From: Lama guanicoe | Taxonomy: Eukaryota | Reading direction: 5' to 3' | Length of the DNA stretch: 64,000 nt | Assembly: GCA_013239625.1 (NCBI GenBank) | Contig: MU055600.1 | Coordinates: forward strand, 9,612,738 to 9,676,737 | Part shown: positions 1-13,597 of the stretch, in pieces | How the letters are laid out: each line of letters opens with the position of its first letter | How positions within the stretch are numbered: position 1 is the stretch's first letter | Made by a program: the position numbers and the translations under genes | The notes under the pieces: model-generated | Told to the model about the DNA's origin: nothing | The model's input: only the letters and a program-made list of their open reading frames with translations | The model's database searches: none

Positions 1-1824
1 TCACTGAGCTTCTTCTGAGCATTATCCTGAGTGCTACAATATCTGTTTCATAATATAAACCGTGTTTATCTCCTCTAAGGATATAGGACAAAAGAGGCTT
101 ATCTTGCAGCAGGTAGAGTTCTGGTTAGACGTAACTGAGAACTTCCCACTTCCAAAGGGTGTTACCAATTACAAAGAAAAAGATACATCTCTGACTGATA
201 ATAGCTTCCCTTTGCCACAGCTGGGAGGAATACGGGGGAACCTGGGGGGATCCCGGGAGACGCGCCGGAACAGAGCAAGCAAACCATCTGTCTGGGATGA
301 TTCTGAAGCTATTCTGCCTGGGGCCACAGGGGTCAAACAGATGACATTTAAGGCTCCTTCCAGCTTCATGTTTCTTTAAAATTGAATGATTTGGCATTTG
401 TTCATCTGTTGCTAACACTCTAGGGACACAGAGTAGATTAGGTGGCCTGAAAGATGCATTTGTAAAAAAATCCACCCTGACCATCAATTTCACTGTTATT
501 CTTTTTCAAGGTTATGATCCAAAACTGGCAAGAGGCTTTGAGTTTCCAGATCCTAGCCTTCAGTTCACCTTTCCTGACCCCGCTGGTTCCGATGGCGTCT
601 CTTCCATACTCCACGGCTACCACCAGGGCACAGGGCCTTATCGCCTCATCCCTGAACCGTTGCCATGGCCCGCCTTAGTGGCCTCAGTTCCCAGCAGTCT
701 ATCCTACACACCACCGCCTGATGACCTGTCCACACACAGCCTCATTTACGCTCAAACAGACGAGAAAACTCCCGAGACTGTCTTTCAGCTACCCATGTCT
801 GAACAGTTCGCCTTTCAAGAGCAGCCAGCCACAGTGGTCTTGTCCTTCCATGCATCTTTCACGTGTCCTCAGTTGTGGCCAGTTGAGTGGCACACCTTTC
901 TAGAGCACTCTCCCAGCCTGCCTGTCTCAAAGCCACTTTCACTCCTTTGCTCATGCTAACCCCTCTGACAGCACTGTCCTCCTAAAATTCAGCCCACTGA
1001 CCGTCCCAAGTCATCCCTCTAATTACATGTACTTTTGAAACTGGTAACCCTATTGTGCTATGATGGAAGTACAAATTTTCATCCTGTTTTGTACTCCCTA
1101 TGAAAACATCATGTTCTTGGGACTATAAATGCTCTATTCATTCTATTCATCCTTGCACATAATTTGTGAATGAACTGAATCTTGTCCCCAATGCATGGAC
1201 CTTCTCAGTGGCGAGGGGAATTTGCACAAGGGGAAATCAATCAGAGTGGATGAGTTTAGCAAATGTACAAAGTGGACCACTCATCCTAAGGCTCTAACAC
1301 CGGTTTTTGTTGTTGAGGAACCTCAAGGTCTTGAACACATCACCAACCCTCTCTAACGCTTATCTGTACAGTGGAGGCGAATAATCCTTGACCTCTTACT
1401 TCTCTGGAAGGTGTCAGAAGACCCTCCTCCTTTCCAGACAGAGCACTATGGGTGTGAAAGCTCAGAGCCCCACATCCGCATGTGTAAAGCGAGAGTTTCT
1501 CCTTCAGCTGGTTTGAGTGTGAGGGCTTACATGATCGTCTAGGGAGCCACAGGAGGCTGGAGAATTAGATGAGATTCAAAAGCAGAGTTATTCATCCACC
1601 AATTCCTTGCTGCTATCATTCTTATTGTCACCACTGTCACTTTTAGGTGTCACTGGAACACATAAGATCTGCCCTGGATCTTAACTGGGGAGCCTGTTGA
1701 AGGGGTCCTGATGGTCAGCCCTGCAAAGCATGGAAGCCCCTCTACAGAAGTGATGCAAGAACCCCATGACCGGGGGCAGGCAAGCCATGACGCCTTTTCT
1801 TCCAAATCGTCTAGAGCAGCTTTG

Positions 1825-1857
<33 letters not shown>

Positions 1858-1880
1858 ATCTATCCATCTATCTTTCTCTC
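1825..1880 (+). repeat. Compound (TCTG)n/(TC)n/(TCTA)n microsatellite
   Basis: gtctgtctgtctgtctgtctgtctctctctctatctatccatctatc. Confidence 0.9.
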
Positions 1881-3949
1881 CATTGAATCTCTATCTTGTA
1901 AGGATCCATTGGACAAAAAAGTTTTACTGCCGTAAGAAAAAATATTGTGTCAGAAAACTATACATCTAACCCAACCTTATGAGTTGAGGGTGGAGAACAC
2001 TGATTAATCTAAAGTCAATATCACCAAAAGTATGTGAGTAGCTGAACCAGAACCCAGCCCTTTAAGGCCCATCCAGGAAAAGGAGCAGTGATGCCATCAA
2101 TGGACTTAAAGACGAAGCTGCGAGATATCCCTCAAGCCCTCAACCACGTTTCCATGAGGTGACAGAAAACAGTGCCCCTGGTGTGGGCAGCACCCAGGCA
2201 GAGCTGAGAAGCTTCAAGACAAGGAAGAAGACAGAGAGCGCCCACTTTTCATACGATAAACTTAGGTCCATGGCAAGAAAAGTATTTATCCCGTATCAAC
2301 AGTCATGGCAGGGACTGAACATAGACCTCCTGCTTCTAGTCCCACATTCTAGTCACCACCTTAGTCACAGGCTGGCAAGACCCCACAAGCAAAGATGGGA
2401 GGGGACTCCCCAGGACTGGCACTCTTAAGGCCCTGGGGGAAAATGGCCAAAATCACTTCTTCACCTCATTGTTAGAGTCCTGTTTTTTTGCACCTCAATT
2501 TCCTGGTCATCATGTCCTCTCCAAGTCATTGCCACACTGAACTGCTGGAGTGTTCTAGAGCTCAAAACATGATCCCACCTTATAGTCACTTCTGTACTTT
2601 GTGGAACGCCGGAGTTGCACTACCACTGCGGTGGAATTAAGCGTAATATGGTCTAGGAAGGTTGGAAGTCTGAGAGCGCTGAGATGGAGAGAAGAATCCA
2701 GGTAATTCACATCATTGACAAACATTAAAGTCTGCCCAGTAATTTTTCTGCCACCAGGCTGATTCTTGTTCAATTACGCTGAATATTTCAAAAAAGAAGA
2801 AGAGGGAAGAGAAGAAAGCTAATTTCAGTCGCTAAACTAGATCCAGCTATTGTGGGGAGAACCTATTTCAAAACGAAGGCTTTATTTTATCAGGAGGGGG
2901 AAAAGGAGCTTGGATATTGAACAGCTGTGGACAGAGCAGTAGCAGAGACTGTTGGAGATGACTTTGGCTTTATTCTTGTATCTTCAGCCCTGTCTCCCTC
3001 CCATCCTGAGGAAGCCAAGCCTCCCACTCACTTGTCATCACACATGAAACTTAGTACCATCGAATATAAAACCTAAAAAAGACTATGGAATCAGAATCCA
3101 AACTCTAGATTTTACAGATGAAAGTGAAGTCTCTAACTGGCAACATGGACACAGAGTTGGCATTAAGACCAAGATGTCCTGAGAAGCAATCCTATCGCAT
3201 CAAACCTGGACTCCAGAATGTCTGATACTTTACAGATAATTGGTGTGCAAATCCTTTGGCTTTAATCAAGGAAACCAGGTTGTAATACCTGTAATTAGCA
3301 TAAATCTATCCCCTACATCTTCCTCCGTGTTCATTCCCTCTGCAGCTTTGTGCAGCTTGATAAGTCTTAGCATTTAGATTGCTTTCCAGAGTCCACTCAA
3401 GATGTATGTGCTGTGGCACCAAGTCCTACAGCAGACAGTCAGCCAACTAAAACTCTGAGCATGCCCGGATGCCTACGTTCTAGCTGTGTCACTCAGTCAG
3501 CACGGAGCACCCTCTCCCAAAGCTGAAGAAAAGAACAAACACATGGCTTAGGGACTGGGAATCCAAGCCTTTCTCTAACCTTCTAATCTAAGCTCTATCA
3601 GAGAAAGTCAACTCTAGCCCTATCTACTTGCTATCTAAAGATGGCGGCTAATGACTGTATGATCCTAAAAGATTCTTGTAAGAGTCTGGAGTTATATGTT
3701 GCTCACCAAATAGGGTTCCCAGCAGCTTCTTATAGCCCATCTACCCACTTCCTACAACACAAGGAATTGTGGAACCCTGGGGCCTCCTGAAAGTGAATCA
3801 AGGGTTGCCCTGGGGGCATAGAGGACCAAAGAGGAGACTATACAATAGTTCAGTGGATCCCCTCACCCCTGCTTCAAGCACAGAAGTCCCACTGCCCTTG
3901 AAAAGCAATTTGGCTAAGCAGTGTGGCATTCTGGAGAGGCTCCAGGGGC

Positions 3950-4160
3950 AGTGAAAACGCTATTAGTGGAAAAACTGATAAAATCCAAACAAAGGCCATA
4001 GTTTAGTTAATAATTTGTACCAGTGTCAGTTTTGACAAATGAACCATGGTCAACAGTAGGGAAAATTGGGTGAAGGGTACATAGGAACTCTCTACTATCT
4101 TTGCAGCTTTTGTGTAAATCTAAAATTACTCTCCGAAATAAAAATACATTTTTTAAAATA
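3950..4160 (+). mobile_element. Old L1 (L1MC/L1MB-like) 3' end fragment
   Basis: gggaaaattgggtgaagggtacataggaactctctactatctttgcagcttttgtgtaaatctaaaatt followed by an A-rich end. Confidence 0.75.
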
Positions 4161-5702
4161 ATAAGAAATGGGAAAATCACATTCCACAGGAATGGAATAC
4201 AAACCTTTCTTCACTGTTCTCTCCAGATAAATAGAAATATGGGTAGCAAATCAATAGGATATTCCCCCAAACAGCAAGGGAATGATCAGCCCCAGTAACT
4301 GGGCTCTGGCCACTGGACAGCTTGCCTGTATCTTCTGATAGTCAGAATCACTTTTTCTACCACGGTGCCCGGGTCTGCTAAGAAAACTTAATGCCTGAAA
4401 CCACAGGGATGAGTCCAGCTAAACCTCTTTAAACAGGGTCAGCAACCCTCAAGGACCAGTATGTCCAACTGCTGATTCTTTCCTGGGCAGTTAAGCAGGG
4501 TTTCAGGTCTCCCTACTCTTGGCCTCAAAGGAAGGAACTTAAGATTCTTAGGGTGGCTGGCAGCCACTTCCCCAGGTGGAGATAAATGGAGGTGCGAGGA
4601 ACGTGCCTGCTTTGCTCTGCTTGAGGTTTCCAACCGGTGGGACATCTGCTGGAGTAACAATCCCAGTAGCTTTCCAGCCCAAATCCACACCCTTCCCTGG
4701 GCACCTGTCTACCTAGAGAAGCAGAAATGAGTAGCAAGAGTTCTGCCCTAACACTCTGTCTCTATGTAAGGGCTCCCCCTACTTGAGGCCAAGGATGAAT
4801 TCAGTAGTCAACAAGACTTTGAGGCGCCCAGGCTCCTAGGTCAGGTGGCTTAGTCATCAGCCTTGTTACTCATAGAACCAGGGGGAGCCTTAAAGGTTGT
4901 ATGATCACGTCTCAGCCCTGGTCTAACCTCACGTCCTGATTTAACTAAGTAGGGGACTTCCCTCCTCCTACTCGGTCTCTGGATCTCTGTCTTATTCTCC
5001 TGGAACTGACATGCTAGGAAAATCATTTCCATTGAGCCCATGGGCCCTTGACATCTTTGGGAAGATTCTAGGAAGCTCTGAGGCCTGAAAAACCAAAACC
5101 ACAATAAAAGATCTCACATACATCATTCAGACAATATTAGGAAGGCTTAGAGTTCCTGAAACCCATCCTAGGAACCCTCTACTAGCTGAGAACCTGGGCT
5201 TTTAGTCAAGAATCTGACCCTGCTCTGAACAGCCCTGGGAGGCTTCGGCAGGAAGGCATGTTCTGGATTTCCCCTTCACCATCGTGGACTTGGAATGGTA
5301 GCTGCTCCAGCTTGTATTTCTTCCTTGTTTTTGTCCTGAATGTCGTCTCTTTTCTACTACCTAGACTCCCTTTGATTCAGAACATTCCCCCTTTCCTCGC
5401 CCAATCCACAGGATGTATTTTCTTGTGGGTGTGATTTTTGTTTCCCACGGGGATGAACCAAAGCTTCAAGATGGCAGGTGAGGCCAAGTGTCCCCACTGC
5501 TTACAAATGTCTCGTGGTACCCAGCTTACAGAGAGAAGATAAAAGGGGGCATCTCAGGATAACCATCTCCATGTTCAGGATGGGAGTAGCTGCCGAAAGG
5601 AAGGCTATCTTGTCCTAACTTCTCTGATGAATCATCAGACGTGAGATGCTATGCTGTTGGGATGGAATGTTGGAAGAGGAAGGAGTTCTTCTTTGCCCAT
5701 AC

Positions 5703-6113
5703 TGTGGCAGAGGTTGCCAGCTGTTCATCACAACTCACGTTTCTTCTCTTCTACCTGGAGACACAGCTATAACCTGTTTCTCAGCCTCCCTTACAAACAG
5801 TGAGACCACGCACGGGACTGGGTTCTTGCCACGAGGGGAAGTTACAGGCCCATTAACTACATGCATTCCTTCACGCCCGTTTCTCCTCCGGCTGGCTGGA
5901 ATAGGATGGATGCCTGGGGGGGCCAAGGACACCACACAAGGAAGAGGGTGGCCTCCATCAGCCCGAATGATCGCCTGGAGAATGGTTACACCTTCCACAG
6001 GTTCACTTGCTCGTACTATTACATGACCCGGAAATAGGCTTCGATTTCTCTTGGAAGCGTGATATATTTTTGCATCTACTTGTTGCAGAGGTCAGCCTAC
6101 CTTCACTAATACA
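5703..6113 (+). mobile_element. MaLR solo LTR (MLT1J-like)
   Basis: Starts TGTGGCAGA and ends CTAATACA. Internal cacagctataacctgtttctcagcctccctt resembles MLT1J; about 410 bp. No clear TSD. Confidence 0.7.
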
Positions 6114-6204
6114 CTCAGGTAATCTAGTTCAGAGTGCATACAATCCTCCCTGTTTTGGAATTGGGGATGACATTTGTGTTTTAGATCCAAAAGTATTAAC
6201 AATG

Positions 6205-6400
6205 ATTAATATTTATTGAGCATTTGTTATCCTAAGAGTATTTTATTTATTAACACTTATTCCTTATGGAAAATGCATATGAAGTGGGTATTAGCCACAT
6301 TCTACAGTTGGGGGCACAGAAAGTTGAAATAAATTGCCCAGGGTTGTATAACCAAGAATTACAGGAGCTGAGATTCAAACTCAGGGAGTGTGGGGCCAAG
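6205..6400 (-). mobile_element. MIR SINE
   Basis: atttattgagcatt...cacattctacagttggggcacagaaagttgaaataaattgcccaggg...gagctgagattcaaactcagg. Confidence 0.7.
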
Positions 6401-9400
6401 AACCTGCACTGTCATGGGGTTGACAAGACATCCATACAATCAAATACTCTACTAGTTGGATCAGCTTATTCTAAATTGTCCCCTAATCCTGGGGGTCACT
6501 GCCATCATCCCTTCCAGGGGTTCTCAGGAGCCATGAACTGCAATCTCCAGCTTAGAACACAAGGCCTTGCTAATAGCTACCAGACCGGCCTTATATTCCT
6601 TATGGAAGATTCAGACACACTTTTCCTCCTTATTTCCTGGACACTTGGCCCCGTGCCCTCCCAAGGCTCCATCCTTAAGTGAGTCATCCCTGACCCAAAT
6701 CACCACCCACCCGACTTCTCCAGACACTGCTTTTACAGTGGATGCCCCACATCACCTCCAAGGACTCACCTCACCTAAGAGGGCGTCTGTTTGCCTATTC
6801 AGACCCCTCTTGGTCTGTCCTAATCCACTTTCTGCCTAACTCTGAATTCCCATTCTGGCTTCATTCACTCATATTTTCACTTGGTGTTTGCCAAATCCTA
6901 GGTCCTGTGCTAGGCACAGAGGATGGCTGGTGAACAGGAAGGCGCACGCCTGGCCCTCTGCATCAGTCGATCAGAGCACCAATCCCCTCCACCGGGTCCA
7001 TCCTGTATCTCAGCATATCACCTCCCCTCCCAATCAAAACGTCTGGAAACGTTTCTGTTCTGGAACCCCAACCTCCTCTTCTTCAGGGCTCTCAAAACTT
7101 TCTTTAAGTCCAGATTTGACCTCTGAACTTGTACGTAGCGTTGTCTGATACTCTGAGAACGATATAATGGTACCCCAAACCTGCCCTTGTGAAAGCCAGT
7201 TTAAAGGCAATCTCAGAAGTGTCAAGTCAGTGACCCATGCAAGGGAAAGGAATCTTACGAAGACAGAACAAATCGCTCTGGCATTCACTCTGGTGCAGAG
7301 ATGTTCGTTTTCTCTCTCTCAACGCGTAACAGGAAATTAGGCAGTTCACCTTTGTACATCATTTTCATGTCACCCGTGGGTGAGCCAGATGGCATCTCTT
7401 TGTCTTAAGAAATTAAAAAAGAAAGGCTATAAGGAGGAGTTTATTTCCACCTCTCCCCTTGCCCTCATATAGACACTCTGGAATCTGCGCTGGGCAGATA
7501 AGCAAATGCACACACACACACACACCCCTGAATTATCTGCATTTAGCTGCGTTGGGTACCAGAACCAGCAAACTCCGAAGCCCAGGAGATTTCAGCGACG
7601 TACAGTGGCAGAGAGGTGTGAACCGCCCAGGGTGTCGGCTTACAGAGAGAATCCTTCAGCATTCTTGCTCTCTAATAAATCACTATATTCCCCCCAGAGT
7701 CTCAGCTGGTGTACCAAACAAATAGATCTTTCATAAGTCACCTGAACATGGACTCAGCGCTCAGACTCATGAGCAGGGCCGTATAAACACTGCCCAGAAC
7801 AGGCAAGAACTGATGACCCAGTATTTCCATCTAAGTTGAAACCTTAGGAAGAAAGTTTTCCAGAGGTGGCCAACTTAAAGACTCTCTTCCTCTGGGGCAG
7901 TGGCCTGATCCCAGTTTATTTTCCAGTGGTCAGGAGGTCCTTCTCTCTGACTTAGGAATTATATCAGGAAATCAGATTATCCCTGAGGTTCTTCTGCTTT
8001 GAGTGTTAAAGGGACTAATGAAAATAATGTAAACAATAGTTTGTCCAGTAAGTAGTGTATTCCAGGCTCTTTACACAAATTAACTTGCTTAACATCAAAA
8101 TAGCCCAATTGAGAGATTGTGTTTGTCCTCATATTAAAAACTGGGAAATTAAATAGAGGTTTCAAGAAAGGGCATTGAGTTCCCGTGGCTGCTCATGGTG
8201 GTGTTAGGATGTGAACAAAGATAAGACTGGGCCCCAGTACAGAATTCCCTTGTCAGCTTGATGTCTTCCAATACGGATACTAAGACTTCACGGTTTATTA
8301 CTGACATGACTTCAAGCAAGTCTGCTTCTGCCTTTTACTTCGCAGAAAGGGAGGAAGGGCGCTGTATTTACTCTAGGACGTTGTGAGCAACTGAACTGAA
8401 CGTGAAGATACAACACAAGCTGCTCTTTGAATCAGAGTCTAACATGTACCCCCTATCAGAGGAACATGCAGGCTGTTTTCAGTGCAATAGTTACCCCCTC
8501 TTAATTTCATACTTCCTTGGGACCAAACACATGCATTTTCAAGTCAGCTGGCCTCAGCTGACACCTGGCTTAGAACTCACAAAAAGGGAACTGCGGATAC
8601 CTGGAGTGTGAACATCTTCCCACCTCACTCTTTCTTCCTTGAATTCAGTTTGCCCCGGAGCCCACAGAAATGAGATGGATTTGCTCCTTGTAGCTGTCCC
8701 CAGAGTAAAGAGTGGCAGTCCCCAGCTGTTCCAGCAAGGGCAAAGCAGCATTGTTCAGAGATGTGATCTTTTCCTCCTCTCTTTTAAATCGGAATCAAGA
8801 AATATAAGTGCACGCCTTGAAACACGTCTGAAAGCTAAGTTTGCACACGTTCTGGTCAGATATTGTTTCCCAAGACGCTGGTGAGGCCAGCAGAGACCAG
8901 ATTGGTATAATCAAACATCTGCCTCACACAGAAAAACAAGGATTCATCCTTTGCTTTCATCAGTACCAACATAAATCTGAGCTCAGCCGGACAGGCCAGC
9001 AAACCCCATTACCCAGAGTGCAGGGCCAATTAAATGGTGCCAGCTCCAGCTAGACTCAAGGAATCTATGACCCATGGGCCCTTAGTAACTACACCAATGC
9101 CTCGCTTGGAAACGACTGAAAAACCTTGGTCTAGATGCTAAAGAAAGACTCTAATGTTTCCTGGCAGCACTTCCCTGGCCACCGGTCTGTGCCTACTACT
9201 GCACCAGGCTCCTTTCTCCACACCGGGCGGTGCTGGACAGGGCAGGAGGCTAGAGAAGCTGCTCAGTTTTCTGTAGACATTCTGCCTCCCCTACTGTTTG
9301 ATCTACTTTGCTTCATATTCTCATGATGGTGTATCTTCTACCATCCTTTAGTTGTACCATGAGCGTGTCAAGTTTTAGCCACAAAGGGCATTTCTCAAAC

Positions 9401-10040
9401 ATCCCATTTTCCTCCAGGCTATGGCTAAAAGAAAGTGTCTTGAGTGATCGTTTATAATATCTGAGCAATGTTGTTTAGGCAAAGTCATCAAGAGCGTCCA
9501 GAAAGAATTGATTTGCAGATGCCAACCCCAAACTCCCAGCCCCCTGACCCACTGTGCTCAGGCCAAAAAGACTCTCATATCTAGGCCCTTTGGTTCACAA
9601 TATGATCATTCATTCTGTACAAAGTAGATGTCTTTGTACATCCAGGCACAAAGCCATGTCTCTTGACCTCCAAAACATTGTCCCAGCCTCTGCTTATACC
9701 ACCCATCCAAACTCCTCCCCCATTCAAAGCCCCTGAAGTTAATCTTCCATATTTTTGAGGCATTGGCCTCCCAGTCAACTTGCAGGAGTTGTCCTACCTC
9801 TGTATCTCAGGTTGCATCCATATTTCCCCTTTTGGGGGTAACTGACCCTCACGCCCACCCTTCCTTTCCCTGGCGATAATAACACTGTCAGAATCACCCC
9901 ATGATCCATGGGAAGATGGTTCCCAAACACTTAGGGGAAAAAAAAGGGGGAAGCCAAATAAGACACTTATTACCATAAAGTAGAAAGCTGTAAAGAATTA
10001 AAATCGAAGGTGATGTGTCCTCCTACAATCAAAAACCTTT

Positions 10041-10117
10041 CTGAAATTGACACAACATTGTTCACTGACTCTACTTCAATTAAAAAAAAAGTAAAAGAAG
10101 AAAAAAAAGAAAAAAAA
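10041..10117 (+). mobile_element. Very short lineage-specific L1 3' end with poly(A) tail and TSD
   Basis: gaaattgacacaacattgttcactgactctacttcaatt followed by an A-rich tail; flanked by aaaaaccttt (10031-10040) and aaaaatcttt (10113-10122). Confidence 0.7.
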
Positions 10118-10760
10118 TCTTTTGCTAAGGCCCATCTGCACCTCCTCTCTCCAGACTTGGCAACAATAACCTGCTTCCTCCCCTCATCTTTTCTAAGCCA
10201 TTTGGATAATTCTGCTCAGCAATGCATCAACCATTTTTGTGACTTTATTTTGGCCGATGACTTCTTATCAAGATCTACCTTTGAAAACAAGCCTGTATGG
10301 TCACCAGGTAACTGTAAAGAATAAAATGTCTGCGGGTGAGGCTGGAGAGGGAACTGAGCTGAAAGATGTTAAAATGTAGCACAAAACTGAGCTTGTCCAT
10401 GTGTGCATTTGGGGATGTATATACATATATATGTATATACATATACATATATATTTCTGTATCTGTTTGCATGAAGAATGAGTACTGATGGAGGTAAGAA
10501 CACAATGCGCACATCACTGCAATGTAAGGATACAGCCGAGCATCCCTGTCCAGGTGGGAGGGAGGAGCGAGCTCTCAAGAGAATAGTTAACAGGTATGTT
10601 GAGATGCAGGAGTGGCCAAAGGATACCTGTCAAGTGTATGTCTGGGCACGGGTGTGCATGTGTGTGCTCTAGAGTGACAGGGTTAATGGACGATGACAAA
10701 GACATGTGAGCAAGGTGCCAGCTCTGCCACCCATCACTGCATCTGGAAAAGCCACCTTAC

Positions 10761-11004
10761 CCTGTAGTAGTCCGTGCTGTAGACGTCTCTGGACATGCCG
10801 AAGTCTCCGATCTTCACCAGCAGGTTGGCTCCCACCAGGCAGTTCCTGGTGGCCAGGTCGCGGTGCACAAAGTGCTGGGAAGCCAAGTACACCATGCCAG
10901 AAGCAATCTGACTGGCAATGTGGAGCATCTGGGAGAGCCCCAGCTCGCCTTTTGCCTGGCGTGGCTGCCCGTCCACAAGGATCATCGCATCTGGCCCATG
11001 GGCC
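10761..11004 (-). CDS. NTRK3: NTRK3/TrkC exon 17: (R)[81 protein letters not shown]
   Basis: Acceptor caacag|GGCCCATG, donor TACAGG|gtaagg. 244 bp. Catalytic loop [11 protein letters not shown] motif and activation loop DVYSTDYY. Confidence 0.98.
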
Positions 11005-11339
11005 CTGTTGGGGGGTGGGAGGTGAGAGGGCAGAGAGAATTCAGGAGATCAAAGGGAAATGCCTTCTGGATTCCCTGTTCCCTGGAATGTACCACAGAAA
11101 TGAATGAAATCTCCTTTCTTAGCCTACTTACAGCTTATTTCTCTCCACCCAAAACTATATTGCGTGAGTGTAGATATGGATGAGGCTCTGCAACCAGATT
11201 CCAACTAAGACGACAGCAGACACGCTTTAATGAATCAGGAAGTAAACCTACTCTTTTAGGTGTTTTATTGCCATCCAGGGGCTCCTCAGGTTCTAGTGTC
11301 TACTGTAGGATAACTGCCAAAACAACACTAACTCTGACA

Positions 11340-11500
11340 CAGCCCTTACTGCATTCCACACACCGCTCTAAGTATCTTAAATATATTAATTCACTTAAAC
11401 TTCCCACCCCAATTTTTGACATAAGGAAACTGAGGCACAAATTGATCAGATCACCAGGCCAGTCACAGAGGTCCCAGAGTGGCCACATGAGTGACGTGCG
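11340..11500 (-). mobile_element. MIR SINE
   Basis: ccccaatttttgacataaggaaactgaggcacaaattgatcagatcaccaggccagtcacagag. Confidence 0.65.
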
Positions 11501-11529
11501 GCTCTGGAGGAGAGCTTTAAACTTCAGGG

Positions 11530-11640
11530 AGCAGCCAGAGGGTTTGTTAAATGCTGGTTCTGGGGCCCCACCCACTACGATTCTGATTGGCTAGGCAGAG
11601 CTCACTCATTTGCATTTCCCACAAGCTCCCCGTTGCTAGC
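11530..11640. mobile_element. MER5A-like hAT-Charlie fragment
   Basis: gggtttgttaaatgctggttctggggccccaccc...gattctgattggctagg...atttgcatttcccacaagctcccc. Confidence 0.65.
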
Positions 11641-12454
11641 GCTTCCCGAGCTGATGCAGTCCACACTCCTCACCTCTGCACCATACTGCCGAGGCTGGGG
11701 TAGCTTCTATTAACGGCTGGACAGGAGGAGGACACCCTGTGACCCTGAGGCAGAGGCCGGGGAAGCCACAGCACCCCTCCATCCCAAATCAAGGCCCAGA
11801 GTTGTTATCCTAACACCTTGCCCTGTTGTATCAGTCACTGTTAGTGTTCACTGTTTTCCCCAGAAAGCGCAGTGAGCCGTAACCACACCCAGGGCCCTTA
11901 TTTGTGAGCCAGGGAAATCGTGAGCTAGGGAGCCCTGGTGTACAGCCAGGCCTCGGCCTGTTTTACCGCTTTTCCAATTTCCACTGAAAGGTCCCATTAA
12001 ATATAGACACGTTCACTTTATTATCTCCTGTGGGCTCTGCCTACCTCATGCAGCCTAAGGACAGCTACAATATCAGCTCAGGAAGAAGAGGAATCAGCAG
12101 ACAAGCCCCACTCCTGTCGCTGGGAGAGTGGCCGGCAGCCTGCCCCTAAGACCCACCAACTGGGGGATGCAAGAGCAGGAAGGGCCTTCTACTCGCTTCT
12201 CCTTTTTCTTCCTCTTCCCTTACAGCGGGCATGGCAGTGGGACACAGCAGCCCCCAGGACCTCTCTTTACCCTGGAGGGGCTGAAGGCATCGCTGAATCT
12301 ATGGGAAGGGCATGGGGGACAACGGACCATGTCCCTCTGACCTCAGGGGCAGGGAAGCCAAGGGAGAGAAAGCTTCTGAACACTGAGAAAGGATGCTGCC
12401 TGAATCAGAAACTGCCACAGTTCACAGTTCTCATAAAATAATCAGTGTAATAAT

Positions 12455-12680
12455 TTTAATAGTAGCTACCATTGACTGGACACCCAGCGACGCGGGAAAC
12501 TTGTCCAAGCACTAGACAAATACAGTCATTGAATACTCGCGACAACAAGCCTGTGAAGCAGTTCTTAGTCGTCTAGTTTTCAGGAGAGAGAATTAAGGTT
12601 TAATCATTTGCTCCAGGTTACATCACTAAGACCTGATAAATCCAGGATATGAACCCAAGGCTGTCTTATGCTCAAGACTC
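12455..12680 (-). mobile_element. MIR SINE
   Basis: aatagtagctaccattgactgga...gttttcaggagagagaattaagg...tttgctccaggttacatcactaag...ggatatgaacccaaggctgtc. Confidence 0.65.
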
Positions 12681-13424
12681 AGTTCTCGAGGAAAGGAGCA
12701 AATTTCATTGTGAAACCAAGTTCAGGAGGTTTTAGAACATCCTATAAATACTTTCAGTTCCTCGAGGGCCATTTTGGGAAACTGGCTTCCAAACTTTTCC
12801 ACTCCCTTCTCAAAACCACAGCACTCGATTGGACACCCCACTTCAAGGAGATGCTCGTTGAGTTTTGGTGAGCACGCTTGAGTTTACCCGAACCCACATC
12901 TGAGCTCTGGAAATCTCACCCAGCAGTAGGTTTCAAAAGCTGGTTGTGGCAAAAACCACACTCTAAAAGCGTCCAGAGTCTGAGTGTTCAGTGTGCTCCC
13001 TGGGACCCTAGATTCCACAGACCCTCACACACGCCTGCTCCTCCACATCTGAGCACGTAAGGCACAAAGTCAGAAAGCGATTCACTGCATCAGCGGAAGG
13101 GTTAGACCTAGCATCGTGGAGTTGAAGTTACAGGCCGGCAGGCCCTCTGGACTTCCTCCCTGGACCAATTCCAGACCCTGTCCTTCTTCTCAGTCCACCT
13201 GAGTATCAGGAAGAATGTGCAGGTTACTTTTCATTAGCATCCTCAGCTGTCCCCCTAGGAAGGCCTGCATCCAACTGCTCCGGAGGGAACGCAGAAGAAC
13301 GAAAGCTTGTTTCTCATTTCGAATCCCCAGACAGAAGTGTTCAGAGGAGCAAAAGGACTTCTGGCTCCAGAGAACCCCAGGGGTTCAGTGGGGGTTGGGG
13401 GTGCGGATGGCAATCCCTGCTTAC

Positions 13425-13597
13425 CTGAGGAACTTGTTCAGATCCCCATGCTTCATGTACTCAAAGACCATGATGAGGGGGTCCCCATCGCCACACACCC
13501 CATAGAACTTGACGATGTGTTCGTGCTGCAGGTTGGTGAGCAGCTCAGCCTCCCTCTGGAAATCCTTCCGGGCAGCCAGGGTGGGGTCCTTCAGGGC
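13425..13597 (-). CDS. NTRK3: NTRK3/TrkC exon 16: [57 protein letters not shown](R)
   Basis: Translated by hand; the correct frame is not in the ORF track. Acceptor tttccag|GCCCTG, donor CCTCAG|gtaagc. 173 bp, phase 0 to phase 2, joining exons 15 and 17 in frame. Contains alphaC REAE and hinge VFEYM..HGDL. Confidence 0.98.

Noticed and set aside
1-10760. TrkC kinase-insert exons (14-aa LFNPSGNDFCIWCE and the 25-aa insert) and the following kinase exon
   Set aside because: Not found by eye in this stretch; probably beyond the window's left edge.
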